Assembly (NCBI GenBank): GCA_963758495.1 | Contig: CAVWVI010000003.1 | Span: forward strand, 1,088,001-1,152,000 | Direction: 5' to 3' | Source: Oligoflexia bacterium | Lineage (GTDB): Bacteria > Bdellovibrionota > UBA1018 | DNA: 64,000 nucleotides | In this document: one piece after another, positions 9,629-20,700 of the stretch | Layout: each line of letters starts with the position of its first letter | Numbering within the stretch: position 1 is the stretch's first letter | The notes under the pieces: generated by a model | Database searches by the model: none | Told to the model about the DNA's origin: nothing | The model's input: the letters and a program-made list of their open reading frames with translations, nothing else | Program-made: the position numbers and the translations under genes

Positions 9629-11108
9629 AAGCGGCTTCACCCAATTCGAGCTGATTGACCGTAACTGAACCTTCCCCAGTACGAACCAGAATGGACCCTT
9701 TGCAGGCAGCGGCATTACCCGCACCCAAATCAGAGCCTTTATCGCCAATCATATAAGATTGAGAAATATCAACTTGTAATTTAAGTGCAGCATCCAAAAG
9801 CAGCTTGGGCTTAGGCTTTCGGCATTCACAGTGATCTTGGGGGACATGAAAGCAAAGCTCATAGTGATCAATCCTCACTGACCATTCCGATAAAAGGGTG
9901 TCCAATTTTTTATGAATTTCCGCCAGAACCGCTTGATCAATCAATCCGCGCCCCACCCCTGACTGATTGGATATGACGACCAACAAGTAGCCAGCCTTTT
10001 TGAGCATAGATAAAGCTTCACCCACCTGAGGCAGCAACCGAAGTTGTGCAGGATCACTCAGATAGCCGGGGTCTTCATTTAAAGTACCATCTCGATCTAA
10101 AAACACAGCTCTTCTTAAAATCTTTGAGCGCTTCTTTTCCCACTCCCATGCAGAAGATAGGATATTTTTAACTTGGGTGGGCCGAGCTCCAAATCCCAAA
10201 ACCTTTCGGGCAGCTGTTGAATCCGCCACAAGTTTAGGAGGATCTCCCGGACGCCGACTTTCTTCGATTACTTTAATTTTTTTCCCTGTGACTTCCTCAC
10301 AGGCACGGATCACTTCACGAACAGAAAACCCATTCTCACTTCCTAAATTATATGCTTCAAACACCCCCCCCTCATTCTTATTGTAAGTGAGCAACCGCTC
10401 CATACTAGCGGCATGAGCTGCGGCTAAATCCCAAACATGAATATAGTCACGAATGCATGTCCCATCTGGAGTGTTATAATCTGTCCCATAAACCTTGACA
10501 GCCTCATCCTGTGCAGCTGCCTTCAAAACCAGAGGGATCAAATGCGTCTCCGGTTCGTGCCACTCTCCCACTCTGAACTGAGGTTCCGCGCCCGCAGCAT
10601 TGAAATAACGGAGGGAAATAGCCCTCAATCCCCTTTTCTGAGAAAGATTTTCAAGCATCTTCTCCACTTCAAGCTTGGTCTCACCATAAGGATTTAAAGG
10701 TTTTTTAGGTAAATTTTCGTGAATTGCAGCCTCTCCCGGGTCTCCAAAAATTGCGCAGGTGGAAGAAAAGATAAAATTACGAACCCCTAGATCTAAAAGA
10801 ACGTCTAGAAGCTTCTCAGTTTGTTGGACATTATTTTCAAAATACTCTTTTGGTTTTTTTGTGCTTTCAGCCACCAAGCTTCGCGCGGCGAAATGCATCA
10901 CACAGTCAAACTTTTCTTTCAACACTAACTTAGAAACTAAAGCCGTATCTCCTGCCTGACCTAAAGAGAAGCCTTTTCCTAAAGCCAGCTCCCGATGCCC
11001 TGTTGAAAGATCATCTAAAACCCACACCTCATGTCCCGTGTCTACAAGCCACGCAGCGGTTGTACTTCCTACATAGCCTGCTCCACCCACTACTAAAACT
11101 TTTGCCAT
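9564..11108 (-). CDS. galE: UDP-glucose 4-epimerase fused to C-terminal D,D-heptose-1,7-bisphosphate phosphatase (GalE-GmhB)
   Basis: The GalE part has GGAGYVGS, YGETK, LRYFNAAGA and DGTCIRDYIHV. It continues in frame into AVFLDRDGTLN, ISNQSG, CFH...CECRKPKP and MIGDK (GmhB HAD-IIIA). Confidence 0.9.
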   Translation of the reverse strand: MAKVLVVGGAGYVGSTTAAWLVDTGHEVWVLDDLSTGHRELALGKGFSLGQAGDTALVSKLVLKEKFDCVMHFAARSLVAESTKKPKEYFENNVQQTEKLLDVLLDLGVRNFIFSSTCAIFGDPGEAAIHENLPKKPLNPYGETKLEVEKMLENLSQKRGLRAISLRYFNAAGAEPQFRVGEWHEPETHLIPLVLKAAAQDEAVKVYGTDYNTPDGTCIRDYIHVWDLAAAHAASMERLLTYNKNEGGVFEAYNLGSENGFSVREVIRACEEVTGKKIKVIEESRRPGDPPKLVADSTAARKVLGFGARPTQVKNILSSAWEWEKKRSKILRRAVFLDRDGTLNEDPGYLSDPAQLRLLPQVGEALSMLKKAGYLLVVISNQSGVGRGLIDQAVLAEIHKKLDTLLSEWSVRIDHYELCFHVPQDHCECRKPKPKLLLDAALKLQVDISQSYMIGDKGSDLGAGNAAACKGSILVRTGEGSVTVNQLELGEAAFIGESLMQAVHWILSQENGVF

Positions 11109-11199
11109 GCGGAGGAAGTTAGCATAAATTTAAACTTCTATTAACACTACACTCGAATTGATTTCAATTTTATGCGATTATTTTAAACTTGGTACATAC

Positions 11200-12921
11200 A
11201 TGCAATCTTTATTAAAACTTAAGCCGTACTTACGCCCTTATTTGTGGATTATTATTTGCAGCACAGCATTAGCCATTCCCTTATCGGCAATCCGACTTGG
11301 CCCCGCTCCGGTCGTTCGATATATGTTAGATGATCTCTTAGTTCGTAAAGACGCATCAAAACTCATCCTTTTTCCAGCAGCAATCATCGGACTCTATGCA
11401 CTCAACTTCGTGATTAGATTTTTTCATTACTACCTTTTGAGAGTGCTGATTATTCGAGTGAATCAAAAAATTAGAGATCAAATCTTTAATCATCTCCTAG
11501 GTCTTTCGGCCGATTATTTTACGGCACAAAGCACCGGAACGCTGATTTCGCGGACCAGTGTAGATCCTCAATATATTGATACAGGACTCTCTTGTATTAA
11601 TGTGGTCATTCGAGAGCCGATTACTTTAATATTTCTTTTCGGCTATGCCCTCAAACTGAATTGGCGATTGACCCTGATTACCGTATTGATCATTCCTATT
11701 CTTGCGTGGGTATTTACCGCTACGGGTAGAAATCTAAAACGCTATATCTCTCGTATGGCCGGAGTGAATGCACAACTTTATTCCATTCTCCAAGAGAGCT
11801 TTACCGGCATTCGAATTATTAAAACATTCAGGCTAGAAAAGTATGTATTCAAGAAATTTGAAGATAAAAATGAACAAAATGCCCGCCTACTCTTGAAGAC
11901 GTCACTTCTAGAAGAAGTCTCTCATCCTTTAGTTGAATTTCTCACTGCCTGCGCCCTAGCTCCGATCATTTACTTTGGTGGGTTACAAGTCCTTGTTGGA
12001 AAAATGACACCGGGAGACCTTTTTGGTTTTTTCACTGCATTTGCGATGATGATGAATCCCATCCGCATGATGAATGACGTAAATATCAAACTTCACCAAG
12101 CTTCTGTCGCGTGCGATCGAATGAACGAAATTTTACAATGGGAACCTCATCTTTATGAATCCCCAAGTCCTCAACCAGTCAATCACCTCAAAAATAGCAT
12201 TGAACTCAAGAGTGTATCTTTTGCTTATCCTGATGCCCCTACTCGCCCTATTTTAAAGAAAGTGAGTTTCTCAATTCCCCGTGGACAAGCAATTGCCATT
12301 GTGGGCGCCAGCGGTGCAGGAAAAAGCTCATTAGTAAGTCTTTTACCCAGAATTTTTGATGTCACTGAAGGAAGTATACAAATTGATGGTCAGGACATCC
12401 GAGAACTCGCGCTAGATGACTTGCGCAGGATGATCGCAGTCGTCAGCCAAGATGTTTTTCTTTTCAATGATACTATCGAAGAAAATATTCGATGCGGTCA
12501 CCTATCCGCCAGTCACGAAGAAATTCATGAGGCTGCGAAAAGAGCCCATGCCCTTGATTTTATCAACCATCTACCGGACGGCTTTCAATCCATCATTGGA
12601 GACCGAGGCCAAAAGCTTTCTGGCGGTGAAAAACAACGAATTTCTATTGCACGAGCGTTCTTAAGAAGCGCGCCGATTCTCATATTAGATGAAGCCACAT
12701 CGAGTCTGGACACAGAGTCAGAACGCGCAGTCCAAATCGCATTAGAGGAGCTGATGAGCAATCGTACAACGCTTATGGTTGCACATCGACTCTCCACGAT
12801 TCGTCACGCCAATCAAATTTTGGTCCTAAAAGATGGGGAAGTTGTCGAAAAAGGGACTCATCATGAGCTGATCCAGCTCGGTAACATATATGCAAAATTT
12901 CACGAAGTCCATAAGGTATAG
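11200..12921 (+). CDS. msbA: Lipid A export ABC transporter MsbA-like
   Basis: Six-TM domain plus NBD (GASGAGKS, LSGGEKQR, ILDEATS). LPS gene context. Likely ATG at 11200. Confidence 0.8.
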   Translation: MQSLLKLKPYLRPYLWIIICSTALAIPLSAIRLGPAPVVRYMLDDLLVRKDASKLILFPAAIIGLYALNFVIRFFHYYLLRVLIIRVNQKIRDQIFNHLLGLSADYFTAQSTGTLISRTSVDPQYIDTGLSCINVVIREPITLIFLFGYALKLNWRLTLITVLIIPILAWVFTATGRNLKRYISRMAGVNAQLYSILQESFTGIRIIKTFRLEKYVFKKFEDKNEQNARLLLKTSLLEEVSHPLVEFLTACALAPIIYFGGLQVLVGKMTPGDLFGFFTAFAMMMNPIRMMNDVNIKLHQASVACDRMNEILQWEPHLYESPSPQPVNHLKNSIELKSVSFAYPDAPTRPILKKVSFSIPRGQAIAIVGASGAGKSSLVSLLPRIFDVTEGSIQIDGQDIRELALDDLRRMIAVVSQDVFLFNDTIEENIRCGHLSASHEEIHEAAKRAHALDFINHLPDGFQSIIGDRGQKLSGGEKQRISIARAFLRSAPILILDEATSSLDTESERAVQIALEELMSNRTTLMVAHRLSTIRHANQILVLKDGEVVEKGTHHELIQLGNIYAKFHEVHKV

Positions 12922-12991
12922 ACTTTATTGAAATAAATGCAGAATTTTCTAGTATTGCGCTCACTCATAAGCTTTGCTATCCCAATCACAT

Positions 12992-14368
12992 ATGAGCGAT
13001 TTATCAAATGATGGAGTTAAGCCAGCACAAGAATCACCCAAGGGACCTGCCCAAGACCTGAAAGATATGGCGGAATTGGTTTCCCTCTGTAAACGACGTG
13101 GGTTTGTATTTCCTTCCAGTGAAGTTTACGGTGGTATCAATGCCTGCTGGGATTACGGCCCACTTGGAATTGAGCTCAAACGTAATGTTAAAGAGCGCTG
13201 GTGGAAGGCCATGACTGACCGCGAAGATATTGAGGGACTCGATGCAGCCATCCTGATGCATCCTCGCGTGTGGGAAGCCTCAGGACATGTCGCGGGATTT
13301 GTTGATCCTCTGATTGACTGCAAAAAATGTAAATCCCGATTTCGCGCAGATAAAGTAGATGCAAAAGTAATAGAAGAAAAAAAATGCCCTTCTTGCGGTG
13401 GGGAGCTGACAGAGCCGCGTCAATTTAATCTCATGTTTAAAACACACATGGGCCCATTAGAAGACTCCGCTTCCATTGTTTACCTTCGCCCAGAAACAGC
13501 TCAAGGCATCTATGTTAATTTCGTCAATGTTCAGCAGTCATCTCGGCAGAAAGTGCCGTTTGGGATTGCCCAAATCGGAAAAGCATTTCGAAATGAAATC
13601 ACTCCAGGAAATTTTATTTTTCGAACGCGTGAGTTTGAACAAATGGAAATGCAATTTTTTGTTAAGCCATCCACCGATATGGAGTGGTTCGAAAAATGGA
13701 AACAAATTCGAATTCAGTGGCATCTTGACAATGGGATTCGAAAAAACAAACTCCGTTTTCACGAACATGGGCATGGTGAATTAGCCCATTATGCCAAAGC
13801 TGCTTTTGATATTGAATATGAATTTCCATTTGGATGGCAAGAGCTTGAAGGCATTCATAATCGAACCAACTTTGACCTCAGCAGACACCAAGAATTTAGT
13901 GGGAAAAAGCTTGAGTATTTTGACGAAGCAGGAAAGGAACGCTACATCCCTTACATAGTGGAAACTTCGGCAGGCTGTGATCGAACATTATTAGTCACAC
14001 TCGCCGATGCATACCGTTTTGATGGAGACAGGACTTGGCTAGAATTTCATCCCACTATGGCTCCTTATAAAGTCGCTATTTTCCCTTTAATGAAAAAACC
14101 AGAATTGCTTGAATATTCTGATAAAATATACCAAGATTTGAAAAAGAAATTCCGTGCGACAACCGATGACGCGGGATCAATCGGCAAGCGGTATCGTCGA
14201 CAGGATGAAATCGGTACACCCTTTGGAGTTACGATCGACTATGACACCCTCACAAACCACACAATCACCATCCGACACCGAGATAGCATGGCCCAAGAAA
14301 GGATCGCTGTTGAAAACCTCGGGCACTATATCAAAGAAAAGTTTGAAAATTGGAATCACCAGCCCTAG
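12992..14368 (+). CDS. glyQS: Glycine--tRNA ligase (alpha2, homodimeric type)
   Basis: LCKRRGF...YGG...[39 protein letters not shown]. Confidence 0.95.
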   Translation: MSDLSNDGVKPAQESPKGPAQDLKDMAELVSLCKRRGFVFPSSEVYGGINACWDYGPLGIELKRNVKERWWKAMTDREDIEGLDAAILMHPRVWEASGHVAGFVDPLIDCKKCKSRFRADKVDAKVIEEKKCPSCGGELTEPRQFNLMFKTHMGPLEDSASIVYLRPETAQGIYVNFVNVQQSSRQKVPFGIAQIGKAFRNEITPGNFIFRTREFEQMEMQFFVKPSTDMEWFEKWKQIRIQWHLDNGIRKNKLRFHEHGHGELAHYAKAAFDIEYEFPFGWQELEGIHNRTNFDLSRHQEFSGKKLEYFDEAGKERYIPYIVETSAGCDRTLLVTLADAYRFDGDRTWLEFHPTMAPYKVAIFPLMKKPELLEYSDKIYQDLKKKFRATTDDAGSIGKRYRRQDEIGTPFGVTIDYDTLTNHTITIRHRDSMAQERIAVENLGHYIKEKFENWNHQP

Positions 14369-17177
14369 ACGAGAAGTAACCCCTTCAACAGGGGGCCGAA
14401 GTAAATACGTTTTTTCATTTGGAAACGGTAAAGCAGATGGGAACGAGACCCAGAAGAATCTTCTGGGTGGCAAGGGAGCCAATCTGCATGGGATGACCAA
14501 ATTGGGTTTACCTGTTCCTCCGGGCTTTACACTTTCTACTGAAGTCTGTAGTTTTTATTACGGTAACAATAAAACTTACCCAAAGCTACTTGAGCGTCAA
14601 GTTAAAGAAGCACTGGCGCGAGTCGAAAAACAGATGGGGCGAAAATTTGGAAGTCGCAAAAGCCCACTTCTGGTTTCAGTTCGATCTGGGGCTCGTGCCT
14701 CTATGCCTGGTATGATGGATACCATTCTCAATCTGGGCCTCAATGATGAAACAGTCCAAGGGCTCATTGAGGAATCAAAGGATCCTCGTTTCAGCTATGA
14801 TAGCTACAGACGCTTTATCTGTATGTATTCAGATGTCGTATTAGGAATTCATTCCAATCAATTCGAGTCTGCACTTGAGGACATGAAGCATCATCGTGGA
14901 GTAGAACTCGACACTCAGCTTTCAGCCGAAGACTTAAAAGATCTTGTGAGACAGTTTAAACAAATTGTTCGTACAAATGGGAGTCAGTTCCCTGAAGATC
15001 CTTGGGAACAAATCTGGGGAGCAATCGGAGCGGTATTTAACTCTTGGATGAATCCTCGCGCCATGGCTTATCGTAAATTAAATGGAATTCCCCAAGAATG
15101 GGGAACGGCAGTCACTGTACAATCCATGGTTTTTGGAAACATGGGGAATGATTGTGCAACTGGGGTAGCCTTTACCCGAGATCCGTCCACAGGCGATAAG
15201 AAATTCTTCGGAGAATTTTTATTGAATGCGCAAGGGGAAGATGTGGTCGCCGGAATTAGAACTCCGCAACCCATCAACAACGACTCCCGACAGGCTTCTA
15301 CAGAAAACCTTCCTCATTCGACTAGCTTAAGTTTACCGCTAAGTTTACCCTTAAGCCTAGAAGACGCTATGCCTAAGACCTATGGGCAGCTCGTTAAAAT
15401 CTATCGAAAACTCGAAAAGCATTATCGGGATATGCAAGATATCGAATTCACGGTCGAACGAGGCCAGCTCTTTATTCTGCAAACTCGAAGTGGAAAGCGC
15501 ACTGCAGCAGCTTCCTTGAAAATTGCTACCGACATGGTCAAAGAGCGTTTGATCTCAAAAGAAGAAGCAATTCTACGAATTAAACCCGAACAACTCGACC
15601 AACTTCTTCATCCTCGTTTAGATCCCACCGCTAAGAAAGATATCCTCGCAAAAGGACTGCCTGCCTCGCCTGGCGCTGCCGCAGGACAAGTTGTTTTCTC
15701 TCCAGAAACAGCAGATCTGTGGGTCTCTGAATTAGGAAGAAAAGTGATTCTCGTACGATTAGAAACCTCTCCAGAAGATATCCAAGGAATGGCCGTTGCT
15801 GAAGGCATTCTGACCTCTCGAGGCGGGATGACTTCCCATGCAGCAGTCGTTGCCCGAGGAATGGGAAAGTGCTGCGTTTCTGGCTGTAGCATGATCAAAG
15901 TGAATGAAGAGCGCAAAGAATTTACGGTGGGTGCGCACACCATTCGAGAAGGGGACTTCATCACCCTAGATGGCAGCACAGGAGAAGTCATTCGGGGTCA
16001 TGTTGCAACTCTTGTCCCAAAATTAAATCAAGACTTTCAAGAGCTCATGAAATGGGTTGACCAAGTGAGACAACTCCGTGTTCGAACGAATGCAGATACT
16101 CCCGCCGATGCAAAGGTTGCGCGAAGCTTTGGTGCTGAGGGCATTGGCCTTTGTCGAACTGAGCATATGTTTTTTGAATCGGATCGTATTGATGCAGTTC
16201 GTGAAATGATTTTGGCCGAGACCAAGCAGGCGAGAGAGATTGCTCTAGAGAAAATTCTCCCCATGCAAAAAAGTGACTTCAAAGGAATTTTTCGAGAAAT
16301 GAAGGGCCTTCCTGTCACAATTCGGTTATTGGATCCCCCCTTACATGAATTTATTCCTCATCAAGATGAAGAACTCCATACTCTTTCAAAGAAAATTAAT
16401 GTGAGTTTTGATCGCTTAAAAAAGAAAGCAGAAAGCCTACACGAAACGAATCCCATGTTAGGACACCGCGGTTGCCGACTGGGAGTCAGTTTTCCAGAAA
16501 TTTACCGAACGCAGGTTCGTGCCATTATGGAAGCTGCTTGCGAACTCATGCGGGATGAAAACTTTAAAATCACACCTGAGATTATGATTCCACTCGTGGG
16601 AGACTGGAAAGAGCTCAAATTTGTCGAAGATTATTGCATTGAAGAAATAGAAAAGATCATTGGCAGATTTAAAACTCAGGGAGTGAAAGGAATTCAATAT
16701 CAAATAGGCACGATGATTGAAATCCCAAGGGCAGCACTCACAGCCGCTGAAATTGCAAAATACGCTACCTTTTTCAGCTTTGGAACCAATGACCTGACCC
16801 AGACCACCTATGGACTTTCACGTGACGATTCCGGATTATTCCTCAAGGATTACTTAGAAAACAAGATTTTCGAACAAGATCCATTCGCCTCCTTGGACTC
16901 AACGGGAGTCGGCCGACTCATGAAAATTGCGATTGAAGATGGCAGATCTGTAAGACCCGATCTCAAAGTAGGGATCTGCGGTGAGCATGGTGGAGATCCT
17001 CAATCCGTTCAATTTTGTCATGGCTTAGGTCTGGATTATGTGAGTTGCTCCCCTTACCGAGTACCCATTGCACGTTTGGCAGCGGCACAAGCAGAAATTC
17101 AAAATCCGAAAAAAGCAAAGCTTGTGCGAAAATCCAAAAAGCCTGCTCAGAAAGCAAAAACTAAGGGTAAACGCTAG
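14343..17177 (+). CDS. ppdK: Pyruvate, phosphate dikinase (start uncertain; TTG 14343 proposed)
   Basis: [41 protein letters not shown] (catalytic His), [10 protein letters not shown]. Confidence 0.95.
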   Translation: MKIGITSPRREVTPSTGGRSKYVFSFGNGKADGNETQKNLLGGKGANLHGMTKLGLPVPPGFTLSTEVCSFYYGNNKTYPKLLERQVKEALARVEKQMGRKFGSRKSPLLVSVRSGARASMPGMMDTILNLGLNDETVQGLIEESKDPRFSYDSYRRFICMYSDVVLGIHSNQFESALEDMKHHRGVELDTQLSAEDLKDLVRQFKQIVRTNGSQFPEDPWEQIWGAIGAVFNSWMNPRAMAYRKLNGIPQEWGTAVTVQSMVFGNMGNDCATGVAFTRDPSTGDKKFFGEFLLNAQGEDVVAGIRTPQPINNDSRQASTENLPHSTSLSLPLSLPLSLEDAMPKTYGQLVKIYRKLEKHYRDMQDIEFTVERGQLFILQTRSGKRTAAASLKIATDMVKERLISKEEAILRIKPEQLDQLLHPRLDPTAKKDILAKGLPASPGAAAGQVVFSPETADLWVSELGRKVILVRLETSPEDIQGMAVAEGILTSRGGMTSHAAVVARGMGKCCVSGCSMIKVNEERKEFTVGAHTIREGDFITLDGSTGEVIRGHVATLVPKLNQDFQELMKWVDQVRQLRVRTNADTPADAKVARSFGAEGIGLCRTEHMFFESDRIDAVREMILAETKQAREIALEKILPMQKSDFKGIFREMKGLPVTIRLLDPPLHEFIPHQDEELHTLSKKINVSFDRLKKKAESLHETNPMLGHRGCRLGVSFPEIYRTQVRAIMEAACELMRDENFKITPEIMIPLVGDWKELKFVEDYCIEEIEKIIGRFKTQGVKGIQYQIGTMIEIPRAALTAAEIAKYATFFSFGTNDLTQTTYGLSRDDSGLFLKDYLENKIFEQDPFASLDSTGVGRLMKIAIEDGRSVRPDLKVGICGEHGGDPQSVQFCHGLGLDYVSCSPYRVPIARLAAAQAEIQNPKKAKLVRKSKKPAQKAKTKGKR

Positions 17178-17335
17178 TTTTGAAAGTGCGTAATGGGAAA
17201 TAAATAGAAAGCTATCGGACTATAGTCCCCAGTTTTCAGGATTCAAAACTAAACTATGGCACTTTAATTAATAAATATCTTGCTATGCGTTAATAATTCC
17301 TCTACCCTAATTATAGGGAATAGGAGGAAATTTGA

Positions 17336-17437
17336 ATGCAGAATTTACGTAGCATTCACGCGCAGACGGAAAGTGCGCCGTATTGCATCAGAGCAGTTCT
17401 AGAATTTCCGGAAACCGGTCCCCCACGATTTAGATAG
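17336..17437 (+). CDS. Putative 33-aa small protein/leader peptide MQNLRSIHAQTESAPYCIRAVLEFPETGPPRFR (below ORF-track cutoff)
   Basis: Perfect AGGAGG at 17322-17327, 8 nt before ATG 17336; TAG at 17435-17437. Confidence 0.5.
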   Translation: MQNLRSIHAQTESAPYCIRAVLEFPETGPPRFR

Positions 17438-17710
17438 CGTGAGCAGAACCGTTCTAGACTTTAGGACGCCTACGGTGCTCACGGACTGCCGGATCGTGCT
17501 TGGCCCAGCATGACCGCGACAGCATAACAAGTTTAAAAAAATATAAATCCATTTAACGCCGACGTTAAGAAGGCCTGCCGGGAGGCACCCCAGTGGAACA
17601 AAGATTCCAATCTTGACAAAGCGTATACTAGGTACGTTCTTTTTAGAACTACAAGCCCTTAGACGATCTACTTGCCCGATTGGACCGAGCTCCAATCGGG
17701 CTTTTTTTTT
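17438..17710 (+). ncRNA. Candidate structured RNA (unassigned), ending in an intrinsic terminator
   Basis: Consecutive hairpins: CGTGAGCA/TGCTCACG, CGG-TCGTGCT/AGCATGA-CCG, TAACG/CGTTA, TGCC-GGGA-GGCA, TGGAA/TTCCA, GTTCT/AGAAC. Confidence 0.4.
17674..17710 (+). terminator. Rho-independent terminator
   Basis: 11-bp perfect stem GCCCGATTGGA/TCCAATCGGGC, 6-nt loop, T9 tail. Confidence 0.9.
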
Positions 17711-17717
17711 GATTCCA

Positions 17718-17745
17718 TTGACTTCTTCAGTCCGCTTGTTAAAGT
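17718..17745 (+). promoter_or_regulatory. Putative sigma70 promoter of smc
   Basis: TTGACT-16 bp-TAAAGT with extended -10 TG, 10 nt before the smc ATG. Confidence 0.45.
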
Positions 17746-17755
17746 CTTGAGTCAA

Positions 17756-20700
17756 ATGCGCGTTAAACGATTGGAAATTCAAGGCTTTAAGTCCTTTAAG
17801 GACAAAACCGTCATTCATTTTGATCATAGCATCACAGGAATTGTGGGGCCTAACGGCTGCGGCAAGTCCAATATTGTAGATGCCTTTTTCTGGGTCATGG
17901 GTGAGCAGTCCTACAAACACATGAGAGGGACTCATAGTGAAGACTTGATCTTTAACGGCAGCTCTAAATACTCCCCCCTCGGAATGGCTGAAGCGACGTT
18001 GGTGATGGAAACAGAAAGCATGGACACCACCCAAGCTGCAATCAACCCTTCCGACCAGGATGTGCCCATTCATCTCAAATCAAAAGAAGTCGCCGTGACT
18101 CGCAGACTCTATCGATCAGGCGAAGGTGAGTATTTCATTAATGGGACTTTATCTCGCCTGAAAGACATTCAGGAATTGTTCATGGACACCGGGGTAGGGG
18201 CTAAAGGCTACTCGGTCATTGAACAAGGACAAATCGGAAAAATTGTGAACGCGAAACCTGAAGACCGAAGACTTCTCATTGAAGAAGCGGCAGGAATCGC
18301 AAAATACAAAGCCAGAAAAAAAGAATCTCTTCGAAAGATGGAGGCCACCCAAACTAACCTTTCACGGCTCACAGATATTATCCAAGAGATCGAAAAAAAT
18401 CTAGCTTCACTCGAACGCCAGGCCCAGAAAGCCAGACTTTATAAAAAATACAAAGAAGAACTTCTAGGTAAAGAAATGACCTGGGGCCGCAGAAAAAGAC
18501 AAGTTTTTCACGAAAAGCTCGACTCACTCAGAAAACAAAAGGAAGTCTTAGAGCACGAATTAGCCGCTATGCGTGCAGAGCTTCAAACTGCTGAGAATTC
18601 AATAGAAGTAGATCGAATCGATTTAGTCACAGAAACAAAAGAAGCAGAAGACTTACAATTAGAGATTCAAGATCTTGCGGGCCAACTCTCCGAAGAACGA
18701 AGTGCGTTGGACCTTTCACGTCGAAGACAAGGGGATTTAAACTCCCAGCTTAAAGCCCTGGAAGAAGAAAAAACAGAATTACAAACTGCCATTACCACCA
18801 ATTTGACTCGTTTAGCGGAGAGTGAAGAGCAAGCCCAGGAAGCTGACCGATTATTTCAAAGCGCGGCGACTGAAGCTCAACAAAAGAACACTGCTCTCAA
18901 CCATTTAAGAAAAGAAACGGAAGGCGAACGCTCCCAACTCGACTCAACTCAGCGCGAACTGATGACTGGAATGAATCAAATTTCCAGCTTAACGTCAAAA
19001 GCAGCCGCCCTTTTGAGCAAAGCTGAATCAGCAAGCTCCCAAGCAGAGCGACTCACTCATCAAGAGAGTGCTCAAGAAGGAAAGCTGATGACGATTCGTG
19101 AAGAGTTAGAAACACTCATCACAAATACAGAAGACGTCAAAAGCAAACGAGACATTTTACAGACAGAGCGAAAAGAACAATCTTCTAAAATCCAGGAAGA
19201 AGATCAAGCTCTTCGACAGATGGAAAAGGAAAAAGACCAATCCCTTCGCTCACTCACTCAAATCAAATCGAAACTTCAAAGTCTTGAGGAACTCGACGAA
19301 TCTCATGAAGGATTAGCAGATGGACCCAAGGCCGCATTAGACTGGGTAAAAGCTCAAGGTAAAAGCCAAGATCTCACACCCTTAACAGACACTTTGAACG
19401 TTCAAAATGGTTATGAGGCTGTTCTTGAAAGCTGGTTAGAGAGCAAAATTGAAAACCTCATCACTGCAAATCCTGCTCTTGCCTTACCCCTATTAGAGCA
19501 AATTCGATCAGACAAACAAGGTCGAGTCAGTATTCAATATATCTCCAAAATTTTAAATGACGGAACTTCGAAAACTCAAACAACTTCGTTGAAGAAAATT
19601 AGCCTTCAATTAGAAAAGCATGGATTTAAAGTATTAGGAGAACTGTCTGATTTTGTCAGTAGCACGACAGAACATTCTACCTATTTAAGTCAATTGATTT
19701 CTGAAGTCTGTGTAGTCGAATCTTCGACACCGATGACTGCTTTTATTGAAAGTGGCGAACACCACGGCCTCTCAGGATGGGCTATTGTGAGCATGGATGG
19801 CGTGGCTTTAGAATCAAATGGCCTCATGCGCGGTGGAAGCCTGGATGCTTCAGGCGCCATTGGAATATTGCGCCGTAAACGTGCGATTGAAGAATTAAAA
19901 GAGCAAGTCACGGAAGCTGAATCCCAACATCAAAAATTGGAAGATGCCGTATTTAACGCAAAAAAGGATATTGAGTTGTCGCGTGCGCGTTTACAAACTC
20001 TGCAAACAGATTTGCAAACCCTTGAAATTCAGGCTGCCGCATTAAATCGCGACGTTCATCAAACAGAAAGAGCACTCCAAGAAGCTCAAGCTCACCTCCA
20101 CTCTCTCGAACGTGATTTGACTGAAATGCATCACGAAGTAGAAAGAGCACAGAGTGATCGTGAAAACATTGAATTGGAGCTAAAAGATTTAATTTCAAAT
20201 AAAAGCGAATTAGAAGATTCAATATCTACCGCTGAAAAAGCACTTCTTGAGAAAGAAACCATCCTTCGTGCTCAAGATGGAGAACTCCAAACTCTGCGTG
20301 TCAAGGAAGCTTCCCTTCGTGAACGATCCATCAGCTTAAAAAGAGAACATGAAGCCACACGTTCTCTGATTAGCGATCGACAACGCCGAATTGCGGAAGT
20401 CACTCGGACCCTAGAGAGAGCATCACGAGAACAAGCCGAGTTTAGCGGTGGAGAATCCGAACTGAGCCAAAACATCGAAGAACTCACGCTGGCTCTAGCG
20501 AGCGCTCGGGAAAAACTGGCTGCTGTCAAAGATGAAATTGAACAAGCTAATGCAAAAGTGAACAGCACCCTTGAAAAAATTAAAAAGCTTCATAAAACAG
20601 GAGAACTGAAAACCACGGAGTCCACTCAAGTCGCTCTAGAGCTAGAGAAGTTATCCGGTGAGCTTTCTCATTTAATCCTGAATCTTGAAGAAAAGTATGG

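Noticed and set aside
14154..14342. Long N-terminal extension of ppdK in the ORF track
   Set aside because: It lies inside glyQS. PPDK similarity begins near KYVFSFG, so a later start (TTG 14343) is more plausible.
17257..17284. Sigma54 promoter (TGGCAC...TTGC)
   Set aside because: The spacing is 17 nt rather than the required 5. A second candidate near 27507 (TGGCAT-N5-TTGG) lacks the conserved -12 C.
17295..17710. tmRNA, RNase P, SRP or c-di-GMP riboswitch assignment
   Set aside because: No tRNA-like ends or tag peptide, no GAGGAAAGUCC, no SRP loop motif and no clear GEMM consensus by eye.
17672..17755. N-terminal extension of SMC
   Set aside because: It runs through the terminator; the canonical start MRVKRLEI is at 17756.
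17399..18073. 224-aa minus-strand ORF
   Set aside because: Antisense shadow of smc and the structured region; no recognisable motifs.
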